From: Octopus sinensis
Lineage: Eukaryota
Assembly: GCF_006345805.1 (NCBI RefSeq)
Contig: NC_042999.1
Location: 18,786,001-18,850,000, forward strand
Reading direction: 5' to 3'
Length of the DNA stretch: 64,000 bases
In this document: positions 1 through 13,264 of the stretch, one piece after another
Numbering within the stretch: position 1 is the first letter of the stretch
Layout: every line of letters starts with the position of its first letter
Notes under the pieces: generated by a model
Told to the model about the DNA's origin: nothing
The model's input: only the letters and a program-made list of their open reading frames with translations
The model's database searches: none
Translations under genes and position numbers: made by a program

Positions 1-519
1 AGGAACTTTTCATTGAAATTCTGTTCAAACACTGAAAATGTGAAACGTTATAATGCTGTACTGAATATCCTCCGATATCCAGTTATTCTAAATTGATATC
101 TAAATAAATATCCTCCTTGTCTTCATCATAATGTATCCTTTCAGAATTTATAAAACAACCATTCATGCTCGTTACAGTTAATTGAATATCGATATAGATG
201 ATAATTTGTTTGTTGTGATAATACGAAAAAAAAAAAACAAACAAAAGATCCTCCTTCAAATTTCCGTATTTTCAAACAATTTCAAAAAATTACATAACGG
301 GCCTTAAGTGATTCATAAAATATTTTACGATTATTCCAAAACAGAAGCATGTAGTAAATGCATGCCTTTTCCCTTTCTTCTAACTAGGAAACATTTAAGA
401 GTATTGATATAAATATGATAACAGCATTTTATTCACACAATGTGTTATAATACCTAGGATGCACGAGTGGCAATAAAATGATCGTATAAAACTGAACTGG
501 AAAATCTTTTATTAGGTTG

Positions 520-529
520 TTGCATATAT

Positions 530-581
<52 letters not shown>

Positions 582-675
582 CATATATGTATATATATAT
601 ATATATATAAATACATATATATATATGTATATATATATATTTATATATATATATGTGTGTGTGTGTGTATGTATA
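520..675. repeat. (TA)n/(TG)n compound microsatellite
   Basis: Direct read; accounts for the YI-repeat ORFs at 429-786. Confidence 0.95.
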
Positions 676-1749
676 CACACACACTACACGCGCATATATG
701 CATTGAGAGAGAAGCTGTGAGAAAAATACATTTATATGTTTATGCGGAGATAATTGAGAAAACTCCATGTATTTTATGCTTGTCATTATCTGAAGTTAAA
801 TATTTATTAACGTGTCGATATTTTGCATTTTTGTTGAATAATTAATAATTTTATAATGATAAAACTATGAACACTTCATTTAGTGCTTAGAAAATCCTTA
901 CTAAATTTATCAAGTATATTCTATAATACTTCAATAAAATTGAAAAATTATTAACTTTAAGAAATTCATTGTGCTATGGATGAAACTATACTGAATCGTG
1001 TTTATAAACCAATCTTTATGCCATAGTGCATCGCAATAGGAAATATGGTATTTTTCAATTGTGTGTTTCATGAAAAATAAAAAAAAACACATTAGAATAC
1101 AACCTGCTTGATTAAATGAATTCTTCTAATTAATTTCAATATGCAATGCTATTATGAATTGTTCGTTGTAAGAATACATTTAGCAGATAATTTATTCACT
1201 CATGAATAAAATATTTTATGCGGAATTCGACATAAATTGAAAATACACTGGTGAGGACAACATCTTCGATAAATATAATCAACTCAATTTGATTAGTATT
1301 TCCTACAAATGAAACCGCTCCATTTTATAAATATTTATAACGCAGGTCAGGACAATCGTGTATAACAGGTACTGTATAATATTTTGTCAAGTCAATTATA
1401 CTTACAAACATATATTCTTACATACATTTAGAAGAGACATTCAAATATGCACCAGGATTTAGACACATCTAGACAACTGTCAAATATACATTTATTTATT
1501 TTCTATAGAAGCGTTATTTATATTCGACAGAAAAATAGCATATTACTCTGGTTTTGAGTATGGATAACTAAATAATTTTCATTATACATTACGTATTGTA
1601 ACATTGATTTTTTTTTCACATTCGGGATACCAAAAAAAGCACTTAGAGATCAAACTGAAAAATACTATATAAAATTCCCAATAAGAAAATATATCAAAAT
1701 TGTATAATTATCAACGAAAACGAAGTAACATGAAAATATTTATAGTATT

Positions 1750-2333
1750 CAACGGTAACAGATAAAGATTTAGAAATGGAATAACTTCGGGTGACACCTT
1801 CCAACAGTCTAAATTCAATATGTTGTATACTCGTGCCAATGTTTCACACACGTGTTCGTTTAAATGCTTTTTTATGTCATGTAATTATTTGTACGGTATA
1901 AGATCAAAGGGATTCTAGGTCGAGTAACTGAATTTGAAAGTTTTGCTGTCGTTGTTCCGTTGTAGCGTTTACTCTTCTTTGCTGAGGAGCGTTTTGCTTT
2001 CCAGTTGAATTGTTTTCCTTCCTGTTACTGATAATATTTTCCCTATCCGATTTCCATTACATCCAAATTTTGAATGATCACAAGCCATTATTATTCGTTG
2101 GTGAATGGGAATGATATAAACTATTTGTTGCTGAGATAGATTTTGGGAAATATTTTCCGATAACTTATATGGGGATCCCAATGGTTTCCTGCATCACAGA
2201 TGATAGTAGTACTTTCCACAATTCTGTTAATCCACATTTTATAAATTTCATTTAAAAGTTACTGCAAACAAGATAGAGTTTCTCGTTTTTCCTTTTTATC
2301 TGAGTGGTGAATATCATTATCATCGTTATTGTT

Positions 2334-2365
<32 letters not shown>

Positions 2366-2560
2366 TGTTGTTGTTGTTGTTGTGGTTGCTGTTTTTGTAC
2401 GTTGAATCTGACCTTTCCAAAGTGCATGAATTTGTTAGTTACAAGATTTTTTCGGATTTGAAGCGCAACAAAATGAAATAGTTTTGTGTGGGATACTACT
2501 TTACACGCAAGTGGTTTCGATGTTGTGGAGAAAATGCTCTTCAAGTTTTTTAATCACAAC
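1750..2560 (-). mobile_element. Possible decayed N-terminal region of a Penelope-like element ORF, interrupted by a (TAG)n/(TTG)n tract
   Basis: The minus strand is A-rich like the PLE piece at 3070-3960. Broken frames give FILLRFKSEKIL and KHLNEHVCETLARVYN, which resemble PLE N-terminal motifs (FLxRCKxE; L.exE..LL.rGLNF). Many stops; similarity is weak. Confidence 0.3.
2325..2392. repeat. (TAG)n-(TTG)n compound microsatellite
   Basis: Direct read. Confidence 0.95.
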
Positions 2561-3069
2561 CTACATGTTCGATAATAATATGGCTTCCTTATATACGGGC
2601 AATATACCCAAAAATATTATAAATACAGAGATGTTCTTTATAATCATGATCATGATCATCATTATCATAATCATCAATATCACCATCATCATATACAAAA
2701 CTTTAAAGTAATAATCATCAGATTTCAAAATATGTTTAACTGACAGTTGAGTTCTTGACAACTGTAGTAATATGATTCACCTCCTCCCTCTCATACCTCA
2801 TAGAAGGATCCAATATGCTGAATTTTGGAATAGGGTTTTGACTAATCCACATGTAGCTTCAGCGTCATGTTTGCCTAGCGTACCGATATTACTGACATAG
2901 ATCCCGCCTTTATTTTAACCAATTAGCTTGTGTTTTACATATAATGGTTTTATGAGTGAGCAAACTTAGTTAATTTCGATCGTTTTTATTTCAATTGATG
3001 GGAATCTTCTGTAATTTGTTTTATATTCAGATGTTTTTAAATCCACATCATTAACTGGTTGATATACAT

Positions 3070-3960
3070 TATTGTTGTTATTTCCGTTTAAAACAGGTTT
3101 GAACATTTTAAGAAAAGGTTTTTGTTTTATATTTCTTCTAACCTCACTTATATCACGCAGTTTGGGAAAAGGCAAAAATTATAAAATTTTCTGACCACAT
3201 GTTTCGATACGTGGAATTTGGAGAACATTAGTGTTCTGCATTTGTTGTTTGTGGACTTGTGAGCGTTCCCATAATGCCTTCCCCATGCCAGGCTAATATA
3301 TAGTTTCTCGCAATTAGATCATTAAATTTCTGGTATTTCAGTTTATATCTACATTTGCGAAAATCTTCCCATTTTTTGCTCTGATGTATCTATCACTACG
3401 CATGTTTTGATACGTTTCACATCTGTTATCATTACACTTGGATACTTCCAACATTTAATCATGTTTCTTCATGTTGAATTTTGCCTTTGTTAATACATTC
3501 TTTAGGTTATGTGTTCGCCTTTTACTGAAGATAAGTGTTTGATTAGATATGATTTTTTTAATTTTTCACTTTGTTTCGTGGTTGTCAAATTTGTTTTGAT
3601 GTTAAAAATCTTTTGGTGATGCGGATTGTGTGTTACTAGAAATGGTGTTTCTTCGATAGGTTTGTCTTTCGTGTGTTACCCTACGTTGTTCTATAGGTAA
3701 ATCTTTTGCTCATTGTATGCTATTTTCTATAAGTAGGAAACGATATATTTGTTTGAACACAAATCCTTTGAGTCCTTTAAGTCGAATGTACCTTGTATAG
3801 ACCAACTTCTATAGTACAAAGTTTCTAGAGACGGATATTACTGGACGTTGCTTTTTATGTGTCTTGGTGGCATGGTTTGAAATGTAGATACCGGTGTGTA
3901 TCTGTGCTTTTTTAAATAAATACCAGATGTGATTCTGATGTTTGATTCGAGATTATTAAC
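3070..3960 (-). pseudogene. Decayed Penelope-like element: RT thumb plus GIY-YIG endonuclease C-terminus
   Basis: Frameshifted minus-strand translation gives, in order: PRHIKSNV (thumb, HPxHIKxNIP), LIENSIQ*AKDLP, PFLVTHNPHHQKIFNI, LKNVLTKAKFN, SKCNDNRCETYQN (C-x-RC-x-C knuckle), N*NTRNL, HVSKHV and PFPKLRDISEVRRNIKQKPFLKMFKPVLN (GIY-YIG terminal R..E..FI..F.P.LN). Confidence 0.8.
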
Positions 3961-4032
3961 TCTATGTCAAGAACTTTATTCAACTTATACGCATTTAGAG
4001 AAATTCGGAAAATAAATGTTTTCCTATTCTAT

Positions 4033-4075
<43 letters not shown>

Positions 4076-4289
4076 GTTTATCTGTACATATACACGAATA
4101 CTGTTTATACGTATTTTATTATTCATACATATATATTTGGGTATGTGCATTTGTGTGTGTGTGTCTGTGTGTTTGACTTTTTGTTCATATAAGAAAAGTT
4201 ACTTGTCTTCGTTTGATCCTTTATTTAGTCTAAGGCAAAATTGATGGGGTGTGTACACTAGAAGATATTATACATTCATACAAACGCGC

Positions 4290-4412
4290 GTCTGCACTCA
4301 CATACACACACATATATACATACATTCATACATACATATATGTATAGATATTTATATATATACATATGTATGTATATATGGATATATATATTGTATATGT
4401 GCACATGTGTAT

Positions 4413-4456
<44 letters not shown>

Positions 4457-4509
4457 GTATATATATATATATAAGTATATATATATGTATCTATATATCT
4501 ATATATCTA

Positions 4510-4542
<33 letters not shown>

Positions 4543-4579
4543 GTATACATACATACATATACATACATACATACATACA

Positions 4580-4610
<31 letters not shown>
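4290..4610. repeat. (TA)n/(TC)n/(TACA)n compound microsatellite
   Basis: Direct read. Confidence 0.95.
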
Positions 4611-4611
<1 letters not shown>

Positions 4612-5438
4612 GAGGTAGTGCATACATTTCGTTTCGTTTGCCTCAGTCCAAATACGGGATCATAAGAGAAAGAATGGCTTCCAATATATGAAGTAAAAGT
4701 TATTAAATCAGAATTTCCTTTCAGACAATGGAATGTCTACACAAAGAATTATTTCTTTGAATGAAAATGTATTCATTTGTGAGCCATACGGTTATATGTC
4801 AATATACTAAACGTATCCCGTGTAACGGCGGTGATTGCCATTAATTCTGCTGAATGTCAATATCTGTAGGGTGGCTATTGTTACAAAGTCAGTATGTAAT
4901 TATTAATTCTGAGGTGTGCGAGCTCTGTAGATGCAGTAAGTATGTATTGACTTGCATTATTCATTAGTGGAAAACCACACTTTTCAAAAATTTTACTATC
5001 GAAAATATCAAATTTCAATGACTTAACTGTTATATCCCAGTCATGATTAAATTAGAAAAAGAGCGCCATATTTTACATTCTTAAGTCTATTTATTCAAAG
5101 ATTCAGAGCAACTGCATTAATAATACTCGTCTGAAAATTAAGTAATAAATGTAACTTGCTTTCAATAATCCATATCTATAACACTGCCTGTCGATATTTC
5201 TATCTGTCTCTGTCTCACTGTCAATCTGCGCGCGCGCACACACACACACATACACACACACAGACACACACACATATATATATGGCATTATGTGATACCA
5301 ACAATTTCATTCCCCACTTGTTATATAATTTTTATACACGACTTGTAAATGGTGTAAATTATAATAGTATACCTACATTAGATAAATGTTAAATATATGA
5401 TATATAGTGTATGATATATGATATACATATATATATAA

Positions 5439-5670
5439 GGCGGCGAGCTGGCTGAAACGTTAGCACGCCAGATGAAATGCTTAGTGGTATTTCGTCTGCC
5501 GTTATGTTCTGAGTTCAAATTCCGCCGAGGTCGACTTTGCCTTTCATCCTTTCGGAATCTATTAAATAAATACTACTTACGCACTGGGGTCGATGTAACC
5601 CACTTAACCCACTTTGTCTCTCCTTGTTTGTCCCCTCTGTGTTTAGCCCCTTGTGGGCAACAAAGAAATA
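5439..5670 (+). mobile_element. tRNA-derived octopus-type SINE (head-body-tail B)
   Basis: Head ggcggcgagctggc, box-B-like gagttcaaattcc, body ccgaggtcgactttgcctttcatcc, tail gtttagccccttgtggg..aaagaaata; many homologous copies in the window. Confidence 0.9.
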
Positions 5671-5705
5671 TATATGATATACATATATATGGGTGACGTG
5701 AAAAC

Positions 5706-5905
5706 GCGTGGCTTAGTGGTTATGGCATTCGGCTCACGATTGTAAGGATGTGAGTTCGATTCCTGGCGACACATTGTGTCCTTGAGCAAGACACTTTATT
5801 TCACGTTGCTGCAGTCCACTAAGCTAGCCAAAATGAGTTGTACCTGTATTTTAAAGGACCGGCCATGTCACACTCCGTGTCACGCTGAATCTCCCTGAGA
5901 ACTAC
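5706..5905 (+). mobile_element. Second tRNA-derived SINE family with CORE-like motif
   Basis: Box A gtggcttagtggtt, box B gagttcgattcc, then tgtgtccttgagcaagacacttt; a reverse-strand relative lies at about 43880-44020. Confidence 0.8.
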
Positions 5906-6280
5906 AGTCGTTGCTGCCAGGACTATCACGCACCTGGGTTACGAATTGCCGACAGAAATAATGACACCAGATCCAAAACTACTCCTTTGCTTGCACGAGT
6001 AACTTCGTTCTTGAAAGAGTAAAGCCTATTTACGATTAGTCTTTTTAGCTTCTTGTATTAACAAAATTGAGAATTGTTACATTACTTCTGTTTTGGATAG
6101 ATTGGACCTGACCATGTCTAGTGTTGTATGGACGCCCCAAGAAGATGAAGTAGGCGAGCCCAATACGTAGATATAGAGGGAGAAGCCTAAACAACGAGAC
6201 TAGAACAGAGTTGAGTAGCAGTCGGAGGAGCACAGAGCAGAGAGTGTAGAGTTGAGTTGATGGCATCCGAACGTCTGACA
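5905..6280. mobile_element. Possible LTR-retrotransposon relic (RT fragment plus TG..CA-bounded segment)
   Basis: Plus strand 5905-6000 gives TITHLGYELPTEIMTPDPKLL, resembling the gypsy RT LGy.I....I.PDP motif. Segment 6075-6280 starts tgttac and ends ctgaca, but no TSD was found. Confidence 0.3.
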
Positions 6281-7389
6281 TAACTAAAAAAGAGATGCTT
6301 TCTATAACTTCCGATAGGTTAGTAATGTCAGGTTTCTATGTAACTAAATAATGTTAATCAGATGTGTTTATTCTTTAAATACTACATTTACGAGGGTGTG
6401 CTCATTCATTCTTCATATGTTGCTGTTGTATTTTTTAACCGGCTAACAATTTCAAGTAGATGGATATGTATTCCTAACTCTCGAGTCATTGCGTAAGTGG
6501 ATTTTTCTTCATGGGGGTTTTGACATTGTTGTGCCTGTCAGAAACGTTACCCAGGACAGTTGATTCTTAAATGAATTCGTGTTCAATGACTAAACGACAG
6601 TTAGGATATTCACGTTCGTCTTAATGCAAAGCGTATTAAGATGACTATGCAAGCCACCATTTTGAGACCTGCCATTGATCGCGAAACTTTCGTTAATGCT
6701 TTCGAATTACTTTACTTTTTTCTAATTGGTAGGACGGATCACAATATCCAATATTCAACTTATGTTTGTCATCTAGCATACTAGCTAGATTTCATGTAAC
6801 TTTGACTGATTCGTACACATTTTGCGGCCAATATCAATATGTTCCACTTACCGATACATTCTTATCGGTAAATCGTTCTTATATACCCATTCCCTGATGT
6901 TTGCTTTCGTTTTCTTTTCAACACACACGAAGGGTTTCTTTCTGGTAATCGATTAAATACTTATGGGAGTTTTCTAACTCAGGATCCACGTATATCAGAC
7001 AATAAATTAAATATATTTATTATGCAGAATGCTCTTAGTGGTTCTGCTTTCCGATGATGCAAACTTTTATCCTATGTCCATTATTTGGTATCATTACGGC
7101 TTGTAATGAAATTTGGCACGAAATTTAATCGGTGCATATCTGCTATAACTTTATAGCTTCCTTTCTTCATGTCTAACAGGAACTTATTTCCTTTAGGGGT
7201 ACGAGACGCTTAGTGAAAGACAATTTTGGTTCTGCACATATGGCGTCACAGATATATGCTATCTATTTAACACCAGATGTCTCGTTTTATATCTCTCGTT
7301 TTAATGTTCCTTTCTCTCTCTCTGTTTCTCTCACTCTCTCTCCCCCTCTCTTTCTCTCTCTCTCTCTATGTGTGTGTATGTGTTTATAT

Positions 7390-7532
7390 GTCGATTCTAA
7401 ATCCCGCCGAGGTCGTCTTTGCCGTTCATCCTTTCGGTGTTATTGAAATAAGAACCAGTTCACAACTGGGGTCCACGTAATCGACTTGCTCCTACTACGA
7501 AATTACTGGCCTTGAGTCAAAATTTAAAACCA
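7390..7532 (+). mobile_element. Headless octopus-type SINE fragment (body-tail A)
   Basis: ccgccgaggtcgtctttgccgttcatcctttcgg homologous to the 5439 copy. Confidence 0.8.
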
Positions 7533-7787
7533 TTATTATTATGGCTATTGTAGATGTTTATTATCATAATAGTAGTAGTAGTATTAAGACGTGCATTAAA
7601 TAATTTTTTTTAAATGCTTTAAGCTTGCATAAAAGAAATTAGCACAATATTGTATTTTAAATTCAGGTAAACTCGATCAAATGAAGGAGATTGAAGAAAA
7701 AAATATTATTTCTGATCATCGATATTGTAATGAAGATGAAAAAAGGGAATACTTCTTAAAAAGGTAGACCTTACAATAACGATGATC

Positions 7788-7899
7788 ATTCTTCTTCTTC
7801 TTCTTCTTCTTCTTCTTCTTCTTCTTCTTCTTCTTCTTCTTCTTCCTCTCCTTTTCTTTTTCCTTTTCTTCTTCTTCTTCTTCGCTGCTGCTGCTGCTG

Positions 7900-7936
<37 letters not shown>

Positions 7937-8030
7937 CCTTACTACTACTGCTGCTGCTGCTGCTGTTACTACTACTACCACTGCTGCTGCTGCTACTACT
8001 ACCACTACTACTACTACTTCCTCCTCTTCG
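7788..8030. repeat. (TTC)n-(CTG)n-(CTA)n compound trinucleotide microsatellite
   Basis: Direct read; source of the poly-K/S/E ORFs. Confidence 0.95.
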
Positions 8031-10694
8031 TTTTCTGCTTTTTATTCGTCTACTTCTTATCGTATTCATATTCATTATTATCCTTAATGTTGTTATATCA
8101 TCATCATCATCTTCCTCATCATTAATGCTGTTATATCATTATCATTATTATTTTCGTTATTTGGCGGATCGAGTGGATTATTTTCCTATTCGTAGCGGAC
8201 AAAGTAAATGAACAGAAAAAGAAAAGCAAATATCGAACATATTTTTATAAAACTTAACTCAGAAAACAAAACATACAAGAACATTCTGTAAAAAAAGACC
8301 GATGTAAGAACCTATGAACACTAAAGGCATGTTTTACTTGTAACTTATTTTCAGTCGTCAGATATTGCACAGCAAACAACAATACGTTTAAAGATGCATC
8401 GTTAATGAAATTTTATCTGGAAGCATTTTACCAAAAGATTAGATTAATTAAATCGACTATAGAAATATAACAATCATACTGATGACTGCGCCCTCTAATT
8501 TCGAAGAAAAGATCGACAGAATTAGTTCAAACAATAATGAACCTCCATTTTCCGATTTTTTTTCCTGCACATCTATATTTTATATTATTGTGAAACGATA
8601 TGAGCTCCTGATTATATATATATAAACAGTTACGCATATGATGGCGCTTCAGAATTACACAGCAATACGAATACCGAAATTTCCAATATTTTCCTTGTTA
8701 TAGAGATGCAATCAGACCTTTCCATTCACGTTAGTATCTAAATAGATTACACACTAGAGGAAATATAAGTCAACCATATCCATTGTCTACTACATGTTTG
8801 TTCATGCATTGGAATGCATTTTACTTAGGTTACACGTCTATGCAATAATAGTTTCCTTTTCACTGCGTATTGCAATTATATATTCTCTGCTATTTTGTGA
8901 AATTCACTCACATTTTCATTGAAATTCTATCTATATGCATGGAAATATCTGACCGCGGTTCGCTACTTCGCAATTTCATTAAGTTATATTCATATAGAAT
9001 ATATTCCAGAATCTCAATAAGATATATTTATTTGGCGACTGACAAATAAATAAGTAATAAAAGTTTTGCAGCTACACCTGTTTTGCTACACTTTTTATTA
9101 AGCTAGGAAACAATATCTACACAGTCGGTTGATTCTAGAACTGGTAACCAAATACAAGCTGGACATCCTCAAAATCAAGCCCGGCTATTTTATGAGAAAG
9201 AGAAGAAGAAACACTCACTTAATTTCATCTATTATTGTTATCAGCTTTCAGCGTTTTGCCTAAACTAAAGTTTCAGCTTTATCTCGGATCTATTTCACCT
9301 TCATAAAGTATAAGCTATTCTCCTGGGACGATCACAACGGGTATTAGCATATTTGCATTCGGAATTACCGGAAATTATTTACAATACGTAGGCAAGTTAC
9401 CATGTACAGGAACACATACACATACATAAAACACATGTTAATAATACACACACAGTCACACAAACACACACACACTATCACACAAATATATTCAAATTGA
9501 GAGAATGGAGCAGGTAAAAATCAGGTTTCCTAGCTAGCAGATCCTGGAAATAATAATTACTCAACGAGGAGTACGCCACTAGCTATTCATGAGGCCGTAG
9601 ATATCTTAGTTAAATGAAGGTCTCATTGTCGTTTGAGAATCCCAGATTAACTGGCCAGAGATATTATTTATGCAAAAGTTCAGATTGAAAATTTACGTAA
9701 TACTTGCGATGTTCGACATTACAGTGACACCTCATTAGATTTGAATCAATGCTGAGCACTTAAATTTGGTTTTGGATTATATCGAGCGGAAAGAAAAGTA
9801 ATCTGCCTGGTGGAGAGACTTAGGATTTAGAATCCGTAGATATCTCTTCCATAGGTCACAATTAATCATCCTTACATATTCCATCTGGATTTCCATCTTT
9901 GAACAAATGGGAACATGGATATCATCAAACTGTTTGTGTTGAATCTCTTGGTTTCCAGCCGGTTGGCGCGGATTCAAGAGTCCAGCTTACCCTTCGTTTC
10001 TGAAACATTCTGACCCTAGGTTCGAAGTCTCTTAAAGCAGGAAAGCAGCAACTCGAAAAGGACAGATTCATGGTTTATGAGCTATGTGAATTGTTTAGTA
10101 ATTTTCGAAATCAAGACTAGGTCGATGTATTTTTAAATTCTACACACACTTCAAAGAAGTATCTTGGCAAGTCGGGATAAGCTGTCTGACAAAAATACTA
10201 TCATGTTTCGTTTCTGGTTTTAATATACACAGACGTTTTACTGCATCAAATTACCGAAACGATCGCAATGCAAGTCTTAGAATACCGTGAATGCTACAGG
10301 ATAACATATAATCGTTTCATGTTCATGGTTGTTCTTAGTGAATAAAGCTACGGAGTGGAATGCGTCTTTCATTATGTTCATATTAGCAAAATTTAAGAGA
10401 AGAATGATGTGATCAGTTGCCAAATTGTATTTATTTTCCTCTGGACATGAGAGAGCATGTTTTTTCGCCATTCTATTTTTGTAATCATTTACGTCTACAT
10501 TAAAATTGAATATCTAAAATCAGATATGCAATATCTCTTTTCCTCAATGGTTTTGCATCGTTGTTCCGGTTCGGAGCGGATCCTATCTTCTGGTTTTTTT
10601 TCCATTGTATATTGAACAATGATTCGTTTAATTTTCATCTACTTATAGGTAGATAAAGTGGAATATTTTTAAATTGAGCTTCATCTATATTTAG

Positions 10695-11032
10695 TTTTAT
10701 TTTTCGTGTTTGTTTGTTATCCACGGACAAGATATATCAAGAACCTATGGATGGATTCGGATGATACGTTCAGGGACGTATTAGCCTCATGACGTGCCCG
10801 AACTTATTAGATTTTAGGACTGATCCGGAATGCAACAATGATTCTGGATTACTTTTTCGTTACTTTTACATAACTTTTGAGAACGGTCAGTATCATTTTT
10901 AGTATTCTCTCTAGTGAGAGCAGGGAAGTTTATTTCAGATATTCCTATTTTAAAAATCACCTCTGGCTAATCGTTTAGAGGACGTTGCTGTTGCCTTGGC
11001 GGAGGTTTACACTCTCTGAGAGCTCTTGTTTT
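10695..11032 (+). mobile_element. Possible Helentron/HINE-type non-autonomous element
   Basis: The 3' end ccttggcggaggtttacactctctgagagctcttgtt resembles the ccttggcggagg..ctctctgag..ctagtt terminus I recall from such elements; internal gatccgga motif. The 5' end is degenerate. Confidence 0.4.
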
Positions 11033-12093
11033 GATTTACTTCTACTTTAAAAGTTATTGTTGTTTTGCGTCAGGGTTTTCTTTTACTCTTATCTTTTTCT
11101 CCATTCATGTTTCTAATATTCTTAGTCGCTCTATTGTTGTCTTCTAGTATTTTTTAGGTTTTACCAGAAAGTACCCAATGTTATTGCCTGTTGGATATAC
11201 TATGTCCATATCGCTGGTATCATCATAGCGCTTTTGAAATCTGTCAATACTTTCTCGGATGTTGACTTTAAGAACTCCAAATCATGTACTTTGCAAATTA
11301 TCATAAGTGTAGTGATTAGTATGTCTATCACATAGCACATTTCTAACCCAGGTTCTCTGAATAGTTAATCTGAGAGAGAAGTATATATAACTGCCATGTT
11401 TGGAGTTAGCTCACCCATATCCACCTATATCTTTCCGAAATGGCCGTAAGATTTTGTACTTATGTATCTGTATATATATAATATTTTTAGTATTTTCACA
11501 GTATAAGCAGAGGCGGAGATAAGTTATAGCAATTATGAATGCCATTATGAAAACGAGGTAGAAGCAATTGTAGAGTCCAATATACCATACACACATCACA
11601 CTTGTAATCATTTTCTGAATATCCCTTGCAAACTTTCGGAACACAATCAGGTCATCTAAATGTATTATCAAGAAATCATTAAATCAATCAATACAATTAG
11701 CATATTGTTGACATTCGAGATAAATACACATTGTTACACATATTCTGTTGACCCCAACCTCATTAGATGGTAGCATATGTAAGTTCAATACGACATTGGG
11801 GACATTAGTAGTATATCAAGTCAATTATGAAACGAACTGATTTCAATACGGTTTAAATTATTTAATGAAGTGGTAACATCAATTAGAATACATTTCAGAT
11901 TTGAACTCAAGGTGACATATTTAGCAGTTTCGTATAATTTTATTATTTTTGTAAATGTACGAGATTTATTCTAATTCAATTTCAGCAAATTAATTCATTG
12001 TGCTCTGAGAAAAGAGCAATCTAATTAGGAATAATAGTTATTTATCGTTAAAATTTCAAATAAAATCGTAATACTTTAGTGTACATTCATATG

Positions 12094-12403
12094 GTATTTC
12101 TGTTGTGTCTGGGGAGGGTCATTTTCATTTTGCGCCTTATAATTTCACACACTCACCGGTAAAATTTCCACTTATTTCTTTTTGTTATTTTCCTAAAATT
12201 TTCATTGCGTCTTGCAACTTGTTCAGTAGTCTTCACTATTGAAAAGGTTGCAAGATGCAACGAAAAAACTATTGAAAAGGTTGCAAAACAACGAAAATTA
12301 TAGGAAAATAGAAAAATAAGAAATAAGTAGAAATGTTACCGGTGAGTGTGTTAAATTATAAGGCGCAAAATGAAAATGACTTTCTCCAGGCACAACAGAA
12401 TAT
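12094..12403. mobile_element. Foldback/palindromic MITE with about 120-bp inverted arms
   Basis: The left arm ctgttgtgtctggggagggtcattttcattttgcgccttataattt..caccggtaa.. is the reverse complement of 12279-12400 with scattered mismatches. Confidence 0.85.
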
Positions 12404-12572
12404 GCTTCAACACTCGAACTCATATAAAGAATCTTGCAAACCAAATCTAAAAACGAAATATAATACTTCTATTTTCTGGAAAAAAACAAAACATTCTGAA
12501 ATTGTTTTGGTGAGATCGCTTGAAATATCAGCATACAGGTATAGCTATTGCAATTTCGATAATGCATGCAAG

Positions 12573-12894
12573 CAGCAGAGGACTGGCTCTAAAAGTATCG
12601 GTTGCAAGGCGACTATGGGGGCCCACCCGCAACTAGAAGCGGGTTCACCCGCGACTACAAGGTGGCCCACCCACAACTACAATTCTATCATATTTTTTTT
12701 TGTTAAAAGTATTGTTTTTAACTATCTACAAACAAAGCCTGGCTGAAATAATGCATTCTTCCAGAAGTGAATAAAAATAATTCTCAAACTTGAGGGCCCC
12801 TTAGATACAAACATTGGTCCCCATATACGGATTCTACTGGCGCAGGGGCCCACTTCCCGTCGGGCAAGCTGGCAACCTGGCCAATCCGTCACTG
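12573..12894. mobile_element. hAT-like MITE
   Basis: CAG..CTG termini (right end reads cagtgacggattggcc on the minus strand; left end degenerate), repeated gggccc motifs, imperfect 8-bp TSD catgcaag/catgcata. Confidence 0.5.
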
Positions 12895-13264
12895 CATGCA
12901 TATATACTTACGCACATCCGTACATACATTCATATAAATATACATACATATACATGTGTGAATGCATGTATGTACGTATGTAAGTTTGTGTATGCTGGGG
13001 CCTTTATGTGAGGGCCAGCATGACTAGTCCTGTAATCGACTTGATTTTTCTTTGATGCATAACTGAATGATCAAACAAATGTGGTTAAAATGCAAAGCTG
13101 TTCTCTTCAAAGATATCAATGAGTGTACTTAACCAAGCTTTTATATAATAAAATCCACCTACATATCTAAGATACCTTTTCTTGTGATCGGCCAATCTTC
13201 GGGTTGCTAAATTCCAACGTTAAATTGGATATGCATCTGTAACAAATGCGTTATGAATACATAT

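Noticed and set aside
429-845. ORFs rich in YI/IY/CV repeats here and at 4251, 15653, 21230, 27328, 28388, 35788, 57039 and 63629
   Set aside because: They are translations of (TA)n/(TG)n microsatellites, which lack stops in several frames.
6389-6720. Mariner-like TIR start tacgagggtgtgct
   Set aside because: No matching second TIR or transposase fragment was found.
7706-8087. Poly-S/E/K/T ORFs, also at 15987, 33166, 35034 and 40051
   Set aside because: They are trinucleotide microsatellite translations with no splice or homology support.
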